Source: Zygnema circumcarinatum SAG 698-1b
Lineage: Eukaryota > Plantae > Zygnematophyceae
Length of the DNA stretch: 64,000 nt
NCBI GenBank assembly: GCA_037447605.1
Contig: CM074806.1
Coordinates: 1,054,001 to 1,118,000 of the forward strand
Reading direction: 5' to 3'
The notes under the pieces are model-generated. The model did no database searches, was not told the DNA's origin, and worked only from the letters and a program-made list of their open reading frames with translations. This document shows, piece by piece, positions 11,435-25,767 of this stretch (position 1 is the first letter of the stretch; every line of letters begins with the position of its first letter). Both the position numbers and the translations under genes were made by a program.

Positions 11435-14400
11435 ATGGCGATGTCTCCGGGAGGTTTCAGTTTAAGGCGCGTGAAGCGAACGGACAAGCAAGATCAGGAC
11501 AAGGAGAATCGGGCGGAGTTTCCTTCTCCTTTCTCGGTTTGTGGCTCATTTCACGACAAGCTTGATGTTAATGATGCAGTAGGACATGCTCGTGGCTATT
11601 CCGTTCATAAAAACCATTTCCATACGTTGAGAGCCATGATATGGAGTCTTCCTGCTGAAGCTTGGCAGCGTCTGTTGGTCCCACTGAAGCTTGAAGAGGT
11701 TTTTCCAGGATATGTTTGATTTGATGACTTCAGGGACACTATTTCAAAAACGTTGGCTGACATGCGATTATGTTCTGGTGTCGCTTTTTCGAGTCCCTGA
11801 TATGAAAACTGAAGGGTTGATAGCTCGAACCCGCTCCGTATTTTGCAGTCTCGTAAAAAAGCCCTTGGAGGTAGAGGGCTTGGCGCTGCCGACCAGCAAT
11901 CATCACCCATGCGATTTCCAAACCAGGTCTTAGGCAGCCATTTGACAGGTGATCTAGAAACTACTCCAATACCTCACGAAAAACAAAAGAAGCGTAAGGT
12001 TTCCCAGGGCCGAAGAGTTAGCTTCGCAGACACTCTGACTGTTCATGAGTTCACAAGAGACGAGGACTACGAAATCTATGAGTTGCCAGTAGAGAAAATT
12101 GAAGTTGCAGACAGCAGTGACAAGGAGACTACCAGTCGTACAATTCCCTCTCCCCTAATAAAGAAACAAAAGGAGCAGGAAGATATTGCATTGTCTGCAC
12201 CAACTGTTGCATTATCATCTATAGAGGAGAATGGCAGAGCGCAGCCATGTACGGGCGCCTCCAACGATACAGCCGTAAGTCCTGGAATGAGACATGAAAT
12301 TGAAGCAGCTAGTTTGAATTTTCTGGACACAATCTCTTTAGAAGATGAATCGGGAACGAAGGAGGAAGAACCTGTACCAGATATGAGCCCGTTCCGATCT
12401 CCAAGAGAGCAGGAATTGCTAAATTCTCCAGCAATCAGGTATCTGGATTTCCACTCTGAACTCCCACCCCAATTTGCAGACTGACACCACCAGTTAACGG
12501 ATATGTACTGCATCATATTATTTATGTAGCACCTAGCCAGGCAGTTGCATAAGGGCATAATTGCAGCAAAAAAGTTCCGCGTAAATTGAAGTTGCTTTCC
12601 TACCTTGTCACACGGCAAGACCTTCGCGGTTTGCTGCGTCACATTGTCACCCGAAGAATAAAGGGGATAAAGGTGAACCAGGTGTATGTATGCACCAACC
12701 ACAGTTCCATGCTCTAACCCCAATCATTTCGTTGGCCATTTCAGCAAGAATGAAGACAGCCTTGAGAAGGTTGGGCCTGTTGACATGCGACTTTTCAACC
12801 CGCTTCAAGACCAGGGCGATGAAATGTTTGCAGAAGATGATACCACACAAATGAATTTGACATTCAGTGAACAAGGTGAAATAACTCGGATGATTCCAAG
12901 ATTTGAAGACCTTTTGGCGGCATACGACGAGGACACTACCATAGAAATTAGCCGTGGTCTGGAACCGGGTTTACGCAGAAAGTCTGCTGGACGGCACGAA
13001 AAGACTTCACGAACGTTTCAAGAAGAAGAAGTGCAACCGGTTCTGCATGCAGCTTCAAGACAGAGTCACCCAGAAGCGCTAGAGAGCAGTCAGATTGGAG
13101 ACGTTGGAATCGTCAAAAATGTGCCTTCTGCTAGGAGTGGAGATGATCGTACAACCCAAATTCAGCCACCAGATGATGTGCTTTTACCGGCTTATCGGCA
13201 AGCCCAAATTTTGCCAACCTCTGATTGCGTGGATAAAGGGGCGGATATAGAACGAACTGATGACAGCCAATTAATTGGTTATCAAGCTGAACGGGAAGGA
13301 GCCTCACAGCAGCTTCAGGATGGAAGACACGCACATTATGCTCATCAAGGGAAGTGCGAGCATGCCCCTGTTCATGACGATGACAAAACGTCCAAAAACC
13401 TAGATGAGGGGTCGACTTTGGCGAAGGTGGCTTGCCATTCCTTATTTCTTGAGCCCAACCTTGCTCGTAACGCTGGTCAGGGCTTGACCATGGACTTAAC
13501 ATTTTTCAAGAAGCTCGCTTTCTCTGACGGACAACGAACTTGGTGCAGGGCGTAAGCTTGTCGTAATGAATCTAGGAAGTGATGAATTGCAATAGTATCC
13601 CAGAGTTAAGGAAGGATCATGACCTATTGCCGCCGTTGGATACAACTACTGAATTTCTTAAGAACCTTCTCTCCTTGACACATGAGAAATTGCTCAAGAG
13701 AGACTTTCCTGTTAATAATCAACACTAAAAACATGCAGAGCACATTACTAAGTGAACCTTTTTTAAAAAATTCACCGCTCACGCAAGCAGATCTAAAAAA
13801 TGTTAGTACCCACAGACGTTCTCATCTGCTCGTTTTGGCTTTTATTTGAATTGCAGTTGTTGGAAGGCGAGCCACTTTGTGTATCAAGGTCGCAATCATC
13901 GGAAGATTATCCAGAACAATTTTGGGACTCTACGAGGACAATTGCAGCTGTGACCTCCAATAGTTTGCTGGCACAAGACGACGAGGTTTCGTTAAATTTA
14001 CTAGAACACCTATCCTCAAACTATGCCACAGAAGCAAGCCAGATTAAGTGTCATGGCATCAGGGCTTCAGATACCGAGCTGACGGGTGAATATGAGGTCA
14101 GTTCCTATCCAGGACGACTTGGATTCCTTGACGACTTGTGTGGTAGCATCATAAAGGGTCAACAAAAGAAGTTTTGCTGCGTAGGGAATATGTCGCGCCA
14201 AGACGTTTTTGGACTTGCTGTGTAGCTAGAAAGCCTGGTGGACGAGCTCTTCAAGTTCCAATGCTTCAATGGTTTTGGAAGAATGCTGGGCCCATGAGCA
14301 TAGTGGCAATAACGTGCTGTCTTCTGCCTGTTTGTCCGTTTCCAGGCTGCGACGGCGCAACTCCTTCAAGATCACAAGAAAGACCTGTTCAGTGGAAAGC

Positions 14401-17400
14401 AGGCGAGTTGATGTCTCCGTTCTTATTGCATGCTACCCGACATATCTTTGCATGGAATTGCATACCGAGAACCAAAATATTGGCTCAAACTTCGACACTG
14501 ATAATGTAGCGATAAAGTCACAGCCGGGATCTCCTTGTGTCAGTTGTTACAATGGGATTGGTGTTGATTGCCGACCTGAACTCCACAACACCAATGCTGA
14601 TATTGATACTGGAGCAAAATCGATTCCATTGTTTCATGAAAACAATGACATGATGGGTTCATATAGAGGAAGGCAAAGTAGCCAAGTATTGTCTGGGCAA
14701 GTTCTGATGGGTTCGGCGTTCCAAGGTGACAAGTTCGTGATCATAAATGCAGACTCATTGAGAACCCCATATTAGCTTTTATTTCATTATCCTTGGAGTG
14801 TTTATTTCTGTCGACGTGCTACAGCTTGCCTTGCCAGCATTTGATGATGCTGACTCACCTGTGCTATTGCAGCAGCTCCAAGTCCTCAAGGAGACCGTAA
14901 GGAAACTCTACGAGAAGGTCGAAAGCGAAAGATCAGTTCTGGTGTGCGGAGGAACCATTCCTTTACATTTGGGCACTGTAAGCCTATGCTTCTTCAATCG
15001 CCCATCTTTAACCCATGGATGATTCATGTGCAAAGGGTGAACTTTCAGAGTATTATGCGTGAGTTTATTTACGACCATAAATTATACTTGTGAGCTATGC
15101 GGAGAACTAAGCCACGAGGAGATTAATGAGCATATGTTCACAAAAATCGCACAATGCGCCTGAGATGAGTAAGAACGTGGTGGCCATGGCGGGAGCAGAC
15201 TCTGAATAATCAAAAGCAGCCACTGGAGGAGGAAAAGCTGACAACGATACGAAAAGCAAGCAGGTGCCTTCTCACTGGCCACCGACTCAGTTTCGTTGAA
15301 GGGGAAGACCTTGTCATTATAGTAATGTTAACATTGATCATAACGAGCACATCGTCTGGTGAAAAGCAACGGATTGATAATTTTGCACAGAAGGTCTGAA
15401 TGTAGGGCATTTCACGGGGGACAGGTTACAAGGAGCTGTTGCTATATGGAATTTCTGGGCAACCTGCCGACAACGCATGCTGCAGAGTTCGAAAGACGAT
15501 TGCGAAAAGCTTGAGGTGTGTCTCCAAAACATCTCGGCAAAATGGTGATTGATATACTGAAAGAATGGTTCTCTACCCCGAGGTTAACTTGTCTGAGTAA
15601 TGTTCAGACGCTCATTTGAGCGTGCTGGATATGTTGGATTGCAATCCAGTAAGCAATGTCGCTGGGTACCATGTGTGACTACCCTCGTGACAGATAGGAG
15701 TTTTTGAATCTGTGTTTGAGTCACCATACGAGATAGACATTTTTTTTACAGAAAACTTAACTGCTAGAAACGTGATCTGTATGGATCTTTGGCAGGAGAA
15801 AATGAGCACGCTCCATCGCAGTAGGCAGCAATGGGAGAAGTTTCACTCTCCAGGATGCCTAAGTCGTTTGGAAGAAATGGTGTCTACCAAAGAAAGGAAA
15901 CTTCTTGAGATACAAGAGCGGCGTCGGTCCTTACAAGAAGAGCATCACACTCGGAAAAGCAACATCGACCAACAGGTGTGACTTGTGATGGTTCGTGCAC
16001 GTCAGTATATAAGATTTGCGAACCTCTTGTTAGCAAAAAACTGCATATTTTGAATGATTGCCTGAATGATGAACACGTCGATTCAGCAACATATGTTATT
16101 TCTACCAAACCTCGAGCTGTGATCGGACGACGGCCTTTTGGGCATCGCAAAAATGTGGAGAGTTTCTCAAATTCACTCGGATGATGCGGTCATTCTACCA
16201 TTCAAGCATGTTTGTCCCCGAAAATGTTCTGCTTTGGACGATTTCTGACATGAAGACCGGTTTCTGCGGAATTGCTGTGAGTTTCAACAGGTCAGGGAAG
16301 TTCAGACGAGATTGCGGAGGGAAAGGCCGGAACTTGATGTCCTCGTTGAACACGTCGAGGTGCTACTCTCTTTCACATATTTTCTTATATTTTCTAAGAA
16401 CTCTATTGGCAATGTGCTGCAATGTACAGATATGATTGCTGTACGAAGAACTAACTAGTGCTGAGATGCCCGCCTCTATTTGTTTATAGAGCTCATTTTG
16501 GTCGAAGATGTATTTGCTGGGAAAATGGCAGAAGAACAAGCAGGTCTTACAAGAGGAAAATGGAAAACTGGGTGAAGAGGAAACCGAACTGCGACATCTG
16601 AGGAAGCTTACAGGGATAAGTAAAGAAGCTGTGTTGGAACCAGTCATCGGACTTCTGCCCAGCCTTCAGGTGTGTCAAAAAAACCTCATCTTTGGATATT
16701 TGATGTCTTTGTTGTCCTCCCTACAGCTGGAGGACTCCGCTGCAGCAGGTACATTTCAATTGAGTGGAGTATAGTTACATAGAAACTGTGACACATCGTG
16801 ATTGTGTGGAGTATAGTTACATCGAAACTGTGGCACATCGTGATTGTGAGCCAAATTCTTTTTTTAATTCAACTTAAAACTCATGGCATTGGCTTGTATG
16901 GAAGTATCCTTCTGATCTGTGGAGAATACCCTCTACATCCACCCCCTTAGAGGTGGACTTTCATGAGCTGAAGAGACTGACGAATGGTCTTGGCAGGCAT
17001 GGACAGTACGCAATGACGTCGTTGACGTTGAATCTCCAAAGTTGACACTCGACTTCCAAGGCTGCGTTGAGATCTGGTAAGCATCCTGATGAATTTCTTC
17101 GTGGGAAACCGCCAATGTCCGCTTTTTCTCGCAACGATGAAATGTCGTTTGACTAATTACCATTCTAACGTACCTCTCCATACAGATGGTCTTGATGGCC
17201 TTGTAATGGGTTCGCTCATGTATCTTAGCGTAACTGATAAGTGGACTCCGTTGCATTGATGGAAACAGTTTTAAAGAGGAGCGAGGCGAGAAAGACAAAT
17301 CAATTCGTCAGACGTGGAATGTCAACCAGGCCGCTCTAGAGAAGGTATACTGAAGGGGAGTTCATGACGTAAGAGCAAATGTTTCCTTTGGGTGCAACAC

Positions 17401-18763
17401 AAGAATTTGCAAGTTACAGTATGCATACACTCTGAAACCAGCTTAAGCATGGACTAACACGAGTCCTTTCAGTATGTAGAGGTTCGGTCATCTTCACATC
17501 TATTCACCATCTTCGCCAAGCAGTAGACAATGGCTTGAACCAATTGCAGCTTTTAGCTGGTAACCAATCTTTCAGGACAGCAGTCTTTTCCGTGTTGTGA
17601 GAGAGATAGGAGTCGATAACGTGCCGAGCACAAAGTCATTCCTTATCATAATGGCTGAGATTTTGTTTACCCAGCCGCATAAGGTCAATAGCAACTTGTA
17701 CGAAGTTCCAAGCTGAACATTTCATGACTTCTTTTTGCAGACATACCCCAATATGGGAGCGGCGGCACTGTTTCCGGACAATTCGATAAGCACCTCCGCC
17801 GAGCGAGCATTGACTAGTGTTCCTCATGCACTACAGGTAAGCTCCTTTCAATAATTGAACGATTGAAGCTTTTTTCCGGCTTTCCTGGCGTGCTCCATCT
17901 TCTTCCGACTTGGCTACTGGATTTCATCATTACATGGTTGTAATTGGCTGCTTTTCGATTGTGTAGATGGCGGAGCTGCAAATTGGAAGGGCCTTTGACC
18001 TGCTAAAAGAACTGCAAGACTGTAAATCTAAGTTCCAAAAGCTCGGCCTTGTCCGTCTCACTCTCCCATCAGGTAAACATTAACTTGCAGCTGCATAACC
18101 CCAACACCCCTGCCCATTTTACTAAAACATTATGGAAACGTTTCCTATTTAAGCAGATGCTGTTATCTTGTTTAGATGTTTTCATGTCTGTTGCATAATC
18201 GAAACGGGAAAGCTAGATTTATTGATGGCAGTGAAGCATTTTCAGTCTTTTTGTTGATTGCTTTGGTGTCTGACACCAGCAGGCATATCATTCATTCACT
18301 GTTTTTACCTTGTCCACACCGTAGGCCTTCAACAACCCTTCATCGAAAAATGAAAATTTCTTTTCACTCTGATGCTATTCTGTCTGCAGACAGCAGCGGC
18401 CCACAAGCTTCCTTAACGTTTTTGGACATGAACAAGAATATGAAGATTACATCAAACGTCTGCCTGGCGCCACCACTCATGTGAGTATCATGAACTCGTC
18501 TCTCTTTTCTTGAACGTATATAAAAGTATCCTCTTAACCAGCCATTTGGTAACGAGCGATCTCTCTGGGCACTTTCTTGCAGGGGAGGTGCTTCGTTCGG
18601 CCCAATGCTGCATACGGCTGAAGCAAAGTGCGGGGGCAGTAGTGGTGGCCTGAAGAGCCGGAAGATCCAAATTATCGATCTTGGGAAGATTGACGTCGCT
18701 CCGGGCTTTCTCCGAATGGAGCGGCTTTGTAAAGCTATGCAGGACCTTCTGGATGGTTTTTGA
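11435..18763 (+). CDS. KNL1: Kinetochore scaffold KNL1/Spc7-like protein; multi-exon
   Basis: RRVSFADTLTVHEFTRDEDYE matches the plant KNL1 RVSF (PP1-binding) block. Long disordered acidic region, coiled-coil exons, and C-terminal GFLRMERLC before the stop at 18761-18763. Internal exon structure only partly resolved. Confidence 0.75.
16763..16848. repeat. Intronic tandem duplication, ~42 bp x2
   Basis: gtggagtatagttacat(a/c)gaaactgtg(a/g)cacatcgtgattgt occurs twice. Confidence 0.85.
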
Positions 18764-19232
18764 ATGCGAGTTCTCCTCTGACAGATACGAGGCTTAAGTT
18801 ATTACGACGAGCATACGTTTACAGCACACTTAGCATTTAGCTTGTCAGATCCCTATGTACTGTACGTTGTATATACACGTATGCGCAGGTATCACGGGAA
18901 CAATAAATTTTGATCACGGGTGTTGAAAGTTGGATCAAACACTTTGCAAAGGTGTAGGAGAAGAAAGGAAGAAAGAGAAAAAAGGATTTCCACGAATGTA
19001 AGAGATGCTGAAGACTATTGTGTTTGGTATTTTGTGGCTGCGATGATGAGCTAGCTCACCACGTCATCTAAGAGAAACCCAGCATCATGCGCTCAATATG
19101 CAGTACTTTTGTTGGTCCATGCCATGCTGAAAGAGTTGACAGTTAGGTAGCCCTCTGCACCCGTACACATCAAATGCAATATAATTATGTATCAAATGAC
19201 ATCCCACCCTGAAGCTTTTAAATTCATCAAGC

Positions 19233-19396
19233 TTTTTGTTACGGTATCTCTTATTACAGTGTTATGTATCTAAAGCAAACGAACACATGATAACTTCCGA
19301 GCGTGGATGATTCAGATTTTTGTTACGGTATCCCTTATTACAGTGTTATGTATCTGAAGCAAACGAACACATGATAGCTTCCGAGCGTGGATGATT
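19233..19396. repeat. Tandem duplication, ~80 bp x2, between the convergent KNL1 and RRM 3' ends
   Basis: ttttgttacggtatc.cttattacagtgttatgtatct.aagcaaacgaacacatgata.cttccgagcgtggatgatt occurs twice. Confidence 0.85.
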
Positions 19397-20066
19397 TCTC
19401 TTTATGGATCGGTGTAAGGGGATGAGGGAGAGACGGTAATGGTCTGCATGAATGATACAACGACCTACCTTCCTTCCTTTCTGGTCTGCAGACACATGCT
19501 GGACAGCACATTTCCACAACTTTTCTGGCTGAAATTTGGAGTTTTTTGAAATTAAAACCCCAACACCCTTCTAACCGCATAGTGAACTTCAAGTTGAACA
19601 TGCATGCATTATCCAGATGAGGAACACCCTTGGTCACAAATATATGCCAACACACAATCTCTGCCCATTCCACGCACAATGAAGTTCAATTTAGCCCTCA
19701 AGTCGTTTACATGCCACACACTGTACAACAAATACCTTGGGAGGCGTTACAAACTGAATTGTCCTATCATCTGGCGCCATGTGACTTCCTTGCTCTCTAA
19801 AGAAGGGCATATCTGCACGACCATGATGGCCAACCGACACTTATGTGTATCTATGGAAGGCGAGATGTGAAATACTCGAAGGAAAACACCAGTCCTACGA
19901 CTGCCAGCATACGAAAATGACATGCATACATACATGCATGCATACATGTAATGTCTCCCCAACGGCACAATACTATCCCATGCTCTATCTCCCCCAGTTT
20001 CCCCCNNNNNNNNNNCCCCCCCCCCCCCCCCCTCTCCTCTTTCTCTCTCTCTCTTTCTGACAGACG

Positions 20067-23000
20067 CTAATACGGGCGATACCGAGGAGCAGAGCGACTG
20101 ACTGGAGAAGAATACTCCGTAGTACCGGGTGGTGCATAGTCGGTATATGTTCCATACTGCAACCCAAGCCCAAATCCAAGCTGTAAACACCATGGTAACA
20201 TCCAACACATGACGGCCTCTCTTGTATCTCAGCCTCCAGCCCCTACACCAAGGCCAAAGTCTGGCAGCTACAACCAACAAGTCATAGTCATCCCACCCCC
20301 CCTCACACCTCCACCACTTCCCCACATGTTCCATCAGCAGGCAAGGGACAAGGGAAGTTACCGGAAGAGACTCCATCGGATTGCTGTAGGAAGCTGTGGC
20401 AGGGTAGAAGCTCCCTGCTCCAGTAGACGCGTGGGCCCCACGAATGGGACCTCCAATGCCTCCTGCAGCCGCGGAGCCACCAGCTCCTCCGGACCCTCCC
20501 TCTGGTGGAGTAGCACGATCGACAGCCACCTGCAGGGCTCAACGAGGCAGAATAAGGTCCCAAAACGAGAGCCTAAAGCAGCACATATAGGATAACCCAG
20601 CAAGCGTACAAAATTAAAAGTGTTAGGACTGAACAAAAAGTGTTAGGACTGGACAAGCATTCACGCCAAATTTCTCACAGGCGAAAGAAAAATATCAATC
20701 CTCCTTGCAGCGATCGGCTGCAAGTAGCTTAGTAGCACGAATCTCTCTGCCTGTCTACTTTTCAATGGCCATCACCATATCTCCGGAGTACGAAACCCAA
20801 TAGAAAAAGGCTTGCATGCGGAGCCTAGAAGCCTAAGCAACAGGGAGATCAAGCTGCACTTCAGGAGCTTACCGCACGACCGCAGATGGTATGGGGCCGA
20901 CCCGCCACAAATGCTGCAACTGCCTCCTCAACAAAAGTGACGAACCCAAAACCACGATGGGATGCCTTATTGAGTTCCTGCCAGACAAAACAAGCAATCA
21001 AGTCTGTCAAAAGTAACAATGCGGTCCATTTCCCTAACAATGGCATATCTGCGAACATTCATCACTCCCGAGAAGTGGACATACTCTCATAGGCTTGAAT
21101 CTGCACCCACCTTGGGAATGTAGACATCTTCGATAGGTCCAAAGCGACTGAAATAGTCGCGTAAGTCCTGCGAGCTCGCTTCAGCAGGCAGTTTTCCAAC
21201 AAATATTTTGGCCTCATTGGAGGGACGCACTCCATTTGCGAAGGACCCCCCAGCAGGACTGGCAACCCCTCCCGCAGCTCCATGAACGGCCCCGGGAATG
21301 CCTGCATTCATGAGACTTCCATAACCCAGCATAGGCTGCCGCCCATATGCACCATATGCTCCCGGCGACCCATATGGCATAGGAAGACGCATATCTTGCT
21401 GCCCTCGCATAGGGAAACCACCTCTGCCAAATCGTGCACTCTCATCCTGCCAAGTCACAGACATGGCAGGCAACATGGGACATTGCGTGGAACAAAGAAA
21501 TCAGAGGGAGATACGGAGGACAAGGCGAGGAATATTGGATTCCAATTAATTGCCAGATGATCGATGCCAATACGAAATGAATGCACCTGCCTTCTTTGCA
21601 GGAAGTCACAGGAAGAATGGTCAGCGCACCTTTGGAGTTGCTCGATCCACAGCGAGGGATACACCATCCATTTCATGCGTCTCTGCCATCACCTTGTCTA
21701 CCGATGCTGTACGCAGCCTCCCCATCATTGAAATAGCCCTATTTAGCTTCCATATAGACAAGGACTAGACCTTGGGGAATCCCTATTCCGCATCCTCATC
21801 GAGAAAACTACCCTGGAGCTTCTCTTTTGATAAAGCAGAAATGCAGCTTAGAATATGCTGATTGAGCAATATGACTGATTGATTGACGAGTTGATTTGAA
21901 GTGTCCAAACAAAAACTCATCATCGGCCGCAAGCAAAGACAAACAACTCTATCTGACCGCTTCTAACCTCCTCCAGATCATCAGGGAATTTCTCTGCCCA
22001 CCATCAACTGTGGCCTACAAAACATATATCAGCAAGAAAATGACAAGGACTCTGAAATAGAATCTATTGAAGGCAGAAACAATAACAGAGTAAACAGGCG
22101 GGTCATCTCTACGAAAGCTGAACAACCTGCCTAGCGTTGCATCTCAATATTAACGGGTTTAGCTTCAAGTGGAAAATGAAAGAAGAATAGGGGCAAATAA
22201 CTCAGTAACGGATAGATGTAGAACTGCCCTCAACCAGCTGCAGTAGATAGACACATACAGACTCAGGAGATTTCTGCTACCAAGACATGTCCTTGGGGAG
22301 AACAGAACCCACACTGCTATTCTCTATTGACGGATTTCGGAATGAAACTAAGTAAAGCATGTGGACAGTGGTATTCTGCACGAACACAGATGGTCAACAA
22401 CACTCCATACATATATACTATCCAAAAACGGGTTCCAATGTTCTCACTTTGTTTTTAGAATGTAGAGTATGCATCTCACAAAAAAATTGGCGCACTGCAG
22501 CATCTAATAGAGGAATTTCAAGCTTACATGATGATTCAAAAGTTACAAATCCAATGCCCCGATGAGCTTTTGAAGCTGGATCCTGCCAAGGAATACAACC
22601 GATCTCCCCAGATATTAATCGCACAACAACACTTACATTCACCTAGAAAAAGCTGGCTTCAATAATCAGGTCAAAGACCAAACAAAAATTGGCGTTCGCA
22701 ATGCACACCGAAGTCATAAAGCAAACACAAGCGGAACCACTGATCTGCATTTTTCTTACTGCTGCTGGAGACTGAGAGACAGTACCTTGGGCATGTAACA
22801 ATCGGTGACAGAACCGAATTCACCGAAATAGCTGCCAACCATTCCAAAATAGGCCAAACCCTTCCCTTTGAGTCCTTCAATATAGGTTTGCAGTTAGCTG
22901 AAGCTCTGAAGACGTTGCTCTGTAAGAGGGAGACTTTGAACAAGGTCGAAAATTGCCCACGGTGGACTGCTGCGGACCGTAAACCTATGATCCATCCTTG

Positions 23001-24439
23001 TAACTGCAAAGCTGAGGCCATAGAGCAACTGGACAAAACGATCTGAGGATGCAAGGTGTACGGACGATGCAAGACATCGCAGTTCCTGCCCAGCGGCTTA
23101 GCTGAAGGTTCGAACCTGCGAAATGCAACTTCCGTGATGCTTGGTGGAATACGTGCCACAAATATTCTCGTTGAATCAGGCTGCTTGGTCATCTCTTCCT
23201 GCAATTCCAAGTTCCAGGATTTCTTGCATTATCCTACAGGAAGCCACCACTTGGAAGCTCATCTAGCGTGGTTGCCATATCAAGTTTGCCGCATCCAAAG
23301 GGGCACTGTCAGAGAGTCTCGTCCGTGCCACCTTTCTCAGAAACAAAAGCAGAGCAAGGCCGGAAGGACGCAAGCACAGAAATGGGTACCTTCGGAGTTG
23401 CCATCTTCACCTCCAGGCGACGATCCTTCAGCATGTGTGCCTGGGCAACAGCTTTCTGCACACAACTAAGCCACAACAGGCTACATCAGGAATTGCAACT
23501 CTGAAGCGATTGGTTGCAAGGAAAGGAGGACGCGGAGGAACGCAGGTCATTGTTCATCATGTCACCTGCAAGACTTAAAAGACCACAAAAAGAAAACGAC
23601 AATAGCCAGACTAGAAAGTGCAGCAAGTCGAGATTAAATTCTCCGACATACACAAAAAATTGTACTGCAAAAAAATGGAATATAACAATCTTGCCTGAAG
23701 GAGTTTCTTGTCATGAAAACCAATTGATTTACATATACACAATCAACTAAACCGTTTTCCTGAACACCAACCAGAGATGATAGCAAACATACACGAGAAA
23801 TCTCTGGGACATTAGTTACCCCCACAAATAATGTCAAACTGCAAATCTCAATTTCCGCTGACAAAAGAGGATTGAAAAAGAAATACCTCAGCTTGTGCGG
23901 CAGTGGCAAACGTGACATATCCGAATCCTCGGGATTTCCCAGTAGCTCTATCCTGCAGAACTTGCCCATGCTCATGGTTAACAGACAGTACAGAAAGATT
24001 CTGATATAATTGCAGAAATGAAGACCAATTCCATCAGCTACGGAAAACGAAAAAGTGCAAAACGAACTAAGATCAATGAATGTCCTTTCTGTAAAGTGTA
24101 AACGAACTGAGAATTAAGCTGCCACAATAGCCGACGATACAGATCGAAAGATAAACACCTTCATGACGATAATGTCATCCATTGCTCCAAATTGTGACAT
24201 GTATTCCCGAAGCCCATCAGTTTCCACATCCCACGGGATGCCCAAAACCTGTGCATAAGCAAGACAGCATAAATTAGAAACCTCTCTAGTTCGCTGATGT
24301 TAAACGTTGGCCTAAAGCGTCCTTTGGCTGCTCAGCCAGCATTCATCAGCAGAACCGAGACCCGTTCTCCTCAAGAACACCAGAGGTTTGAAGGATGGAG
24401 ACATACCACAATCTTCCTGCCCGTGACAGAGGTTTCCAT
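20067..24439 (-). CDS. Multi-RRM RNA-binding protein (hnRNP A/Musashi-like) with a Gly/Tyr-rich tail ending RYRPY (PY-NLS-like)
   Basis: Exons read METSVTGRKIV|VLGIPWDVETDGLREYMSQFG; TRIFVARIPPSIT; HRGIGFVTF; KIFVGKLPAEASSQDLRDYFSRFG; HRGFGFVTF. Last exon ends PRYRPY*. Confidence 0.88.
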
Positions 24440-25164
24440 GGTAGAATCCAGCTTGACGGAGTGGAGTTCCTTTCCTGCAAAGCCCAGATCCTAGGCCCTC
24501 TGGCACTGCTGCCTCTCTCGACCTCGCCCTCGCTCTGGCTCTCGCCCTCGCTCGCTCGCACACGCTCCTCACTTCTGCTGCCTCTCTCGAGACCCTCAAG
24601 AGCTCTCTCTCGCCTTTCCTGCACACACAGCCGCCACTGCTGGTGAGAGCCCCTGCCCCAGGGGCCATGGCTACCGCTTCCCCGGACGGCACGACAAGAG
24701 GCAAGCGCCAGAGGAGCGAGGCAGACAGAAGCGGGCGGGACAGGAGGATCCTCTCACTCTCGCGCGCGCCCGGCCCCTTCCTCCCTCCTCTCTCAGCTCC
24801 TTTCTCCCTCCCTCCTCTCTCAGCTCCTCCTTCCTTCCCTCCCGCCCGCTCGCTAACCCCCTCCACCCCGGGCCGCTTCGGCGGCTTTCAGGCAGCTTCA
24901 GTATCGTATCGTCATATTTCATATACGCATCGTATCGTACCATATCGTATCGTATTTTAGTACAATATGTTTTTAAATCGAATACTGAATAATATTGGCA
25001 ATGAATGCCTCGATATATCTAAGTTCATATTCATGATATCGCGATCTACGTCGAGTGGGGGAGGGCCGTAGCAATCAGCACTGTACAAATCCGTACTCCG
25101 CCTCTCTAGTAAGTACAGTACAGGCAGGCAGGCATCCTCAAATAAGGGAATTATCATAAATATT

Positions 25165-25758
25165 GGAAAATGATACAGGCGCCCCACTTTTTGGATATCC
25201 GCGCCCCCTTTGGGGAAAAGAACTGTACTTTCATGTTGGCTAATCACGCCCCCCCTCCATTGGATCTTTCGGGAGGAGAGATCTTGTAGACAATCGGACC
25301 CCGCGCCTCGCGCGCAGGATCCGACCGTGCACCGACGTACGGCGCCGCGCATCGCGGCGCGGCCCGCGAGATGCGGCGAGCATGGGGGACCGGAAGCAGG
25401 GATGTCCAATGGAAGACTGCCACGTGGCAACCTCTGACCCAACCATTGGACATCCCNNNNNNNNNNGGGATGTCCAATGGTTGGGTCAGAGGTTGCCACG
25501 TGGCAGTCTTCCATTGGACATCCCTGCTTCCGGTCCCCCATGCTCGCCGCATCTCGCGGGCCGCGCCGCGATGCGCGGCGCCGTACGTCGGTGCACGGTC
25601 GGATCCTGCGCGCGAGGCGCGGGGTCCGATTGTCTACAAGATCTCTCCTCCCGAAAGATCCAATGGAGGGGGGGCGTGATTAGCCAACATGAAAGTACAG
25701 TTCTTTTCCCCAAAGGGGGCGCGGATATCCAAAAAGTGGGGCGCCTGTATCATTTTCC
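25165..25758. mobile_element. Foldback Mutator-family MITE, variant A (spans an N gap); 8-bp TSD TAAATATT
   Basis: Begins GGAAAATGATACAGGCGCCCCACTTTTTGGATATCC and ends with its reverse complement. TAAATATT at 25157-25164 and 25759-25766. Confidence 0.8.
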
Positions 25759-25767
25759 TAAATATTA

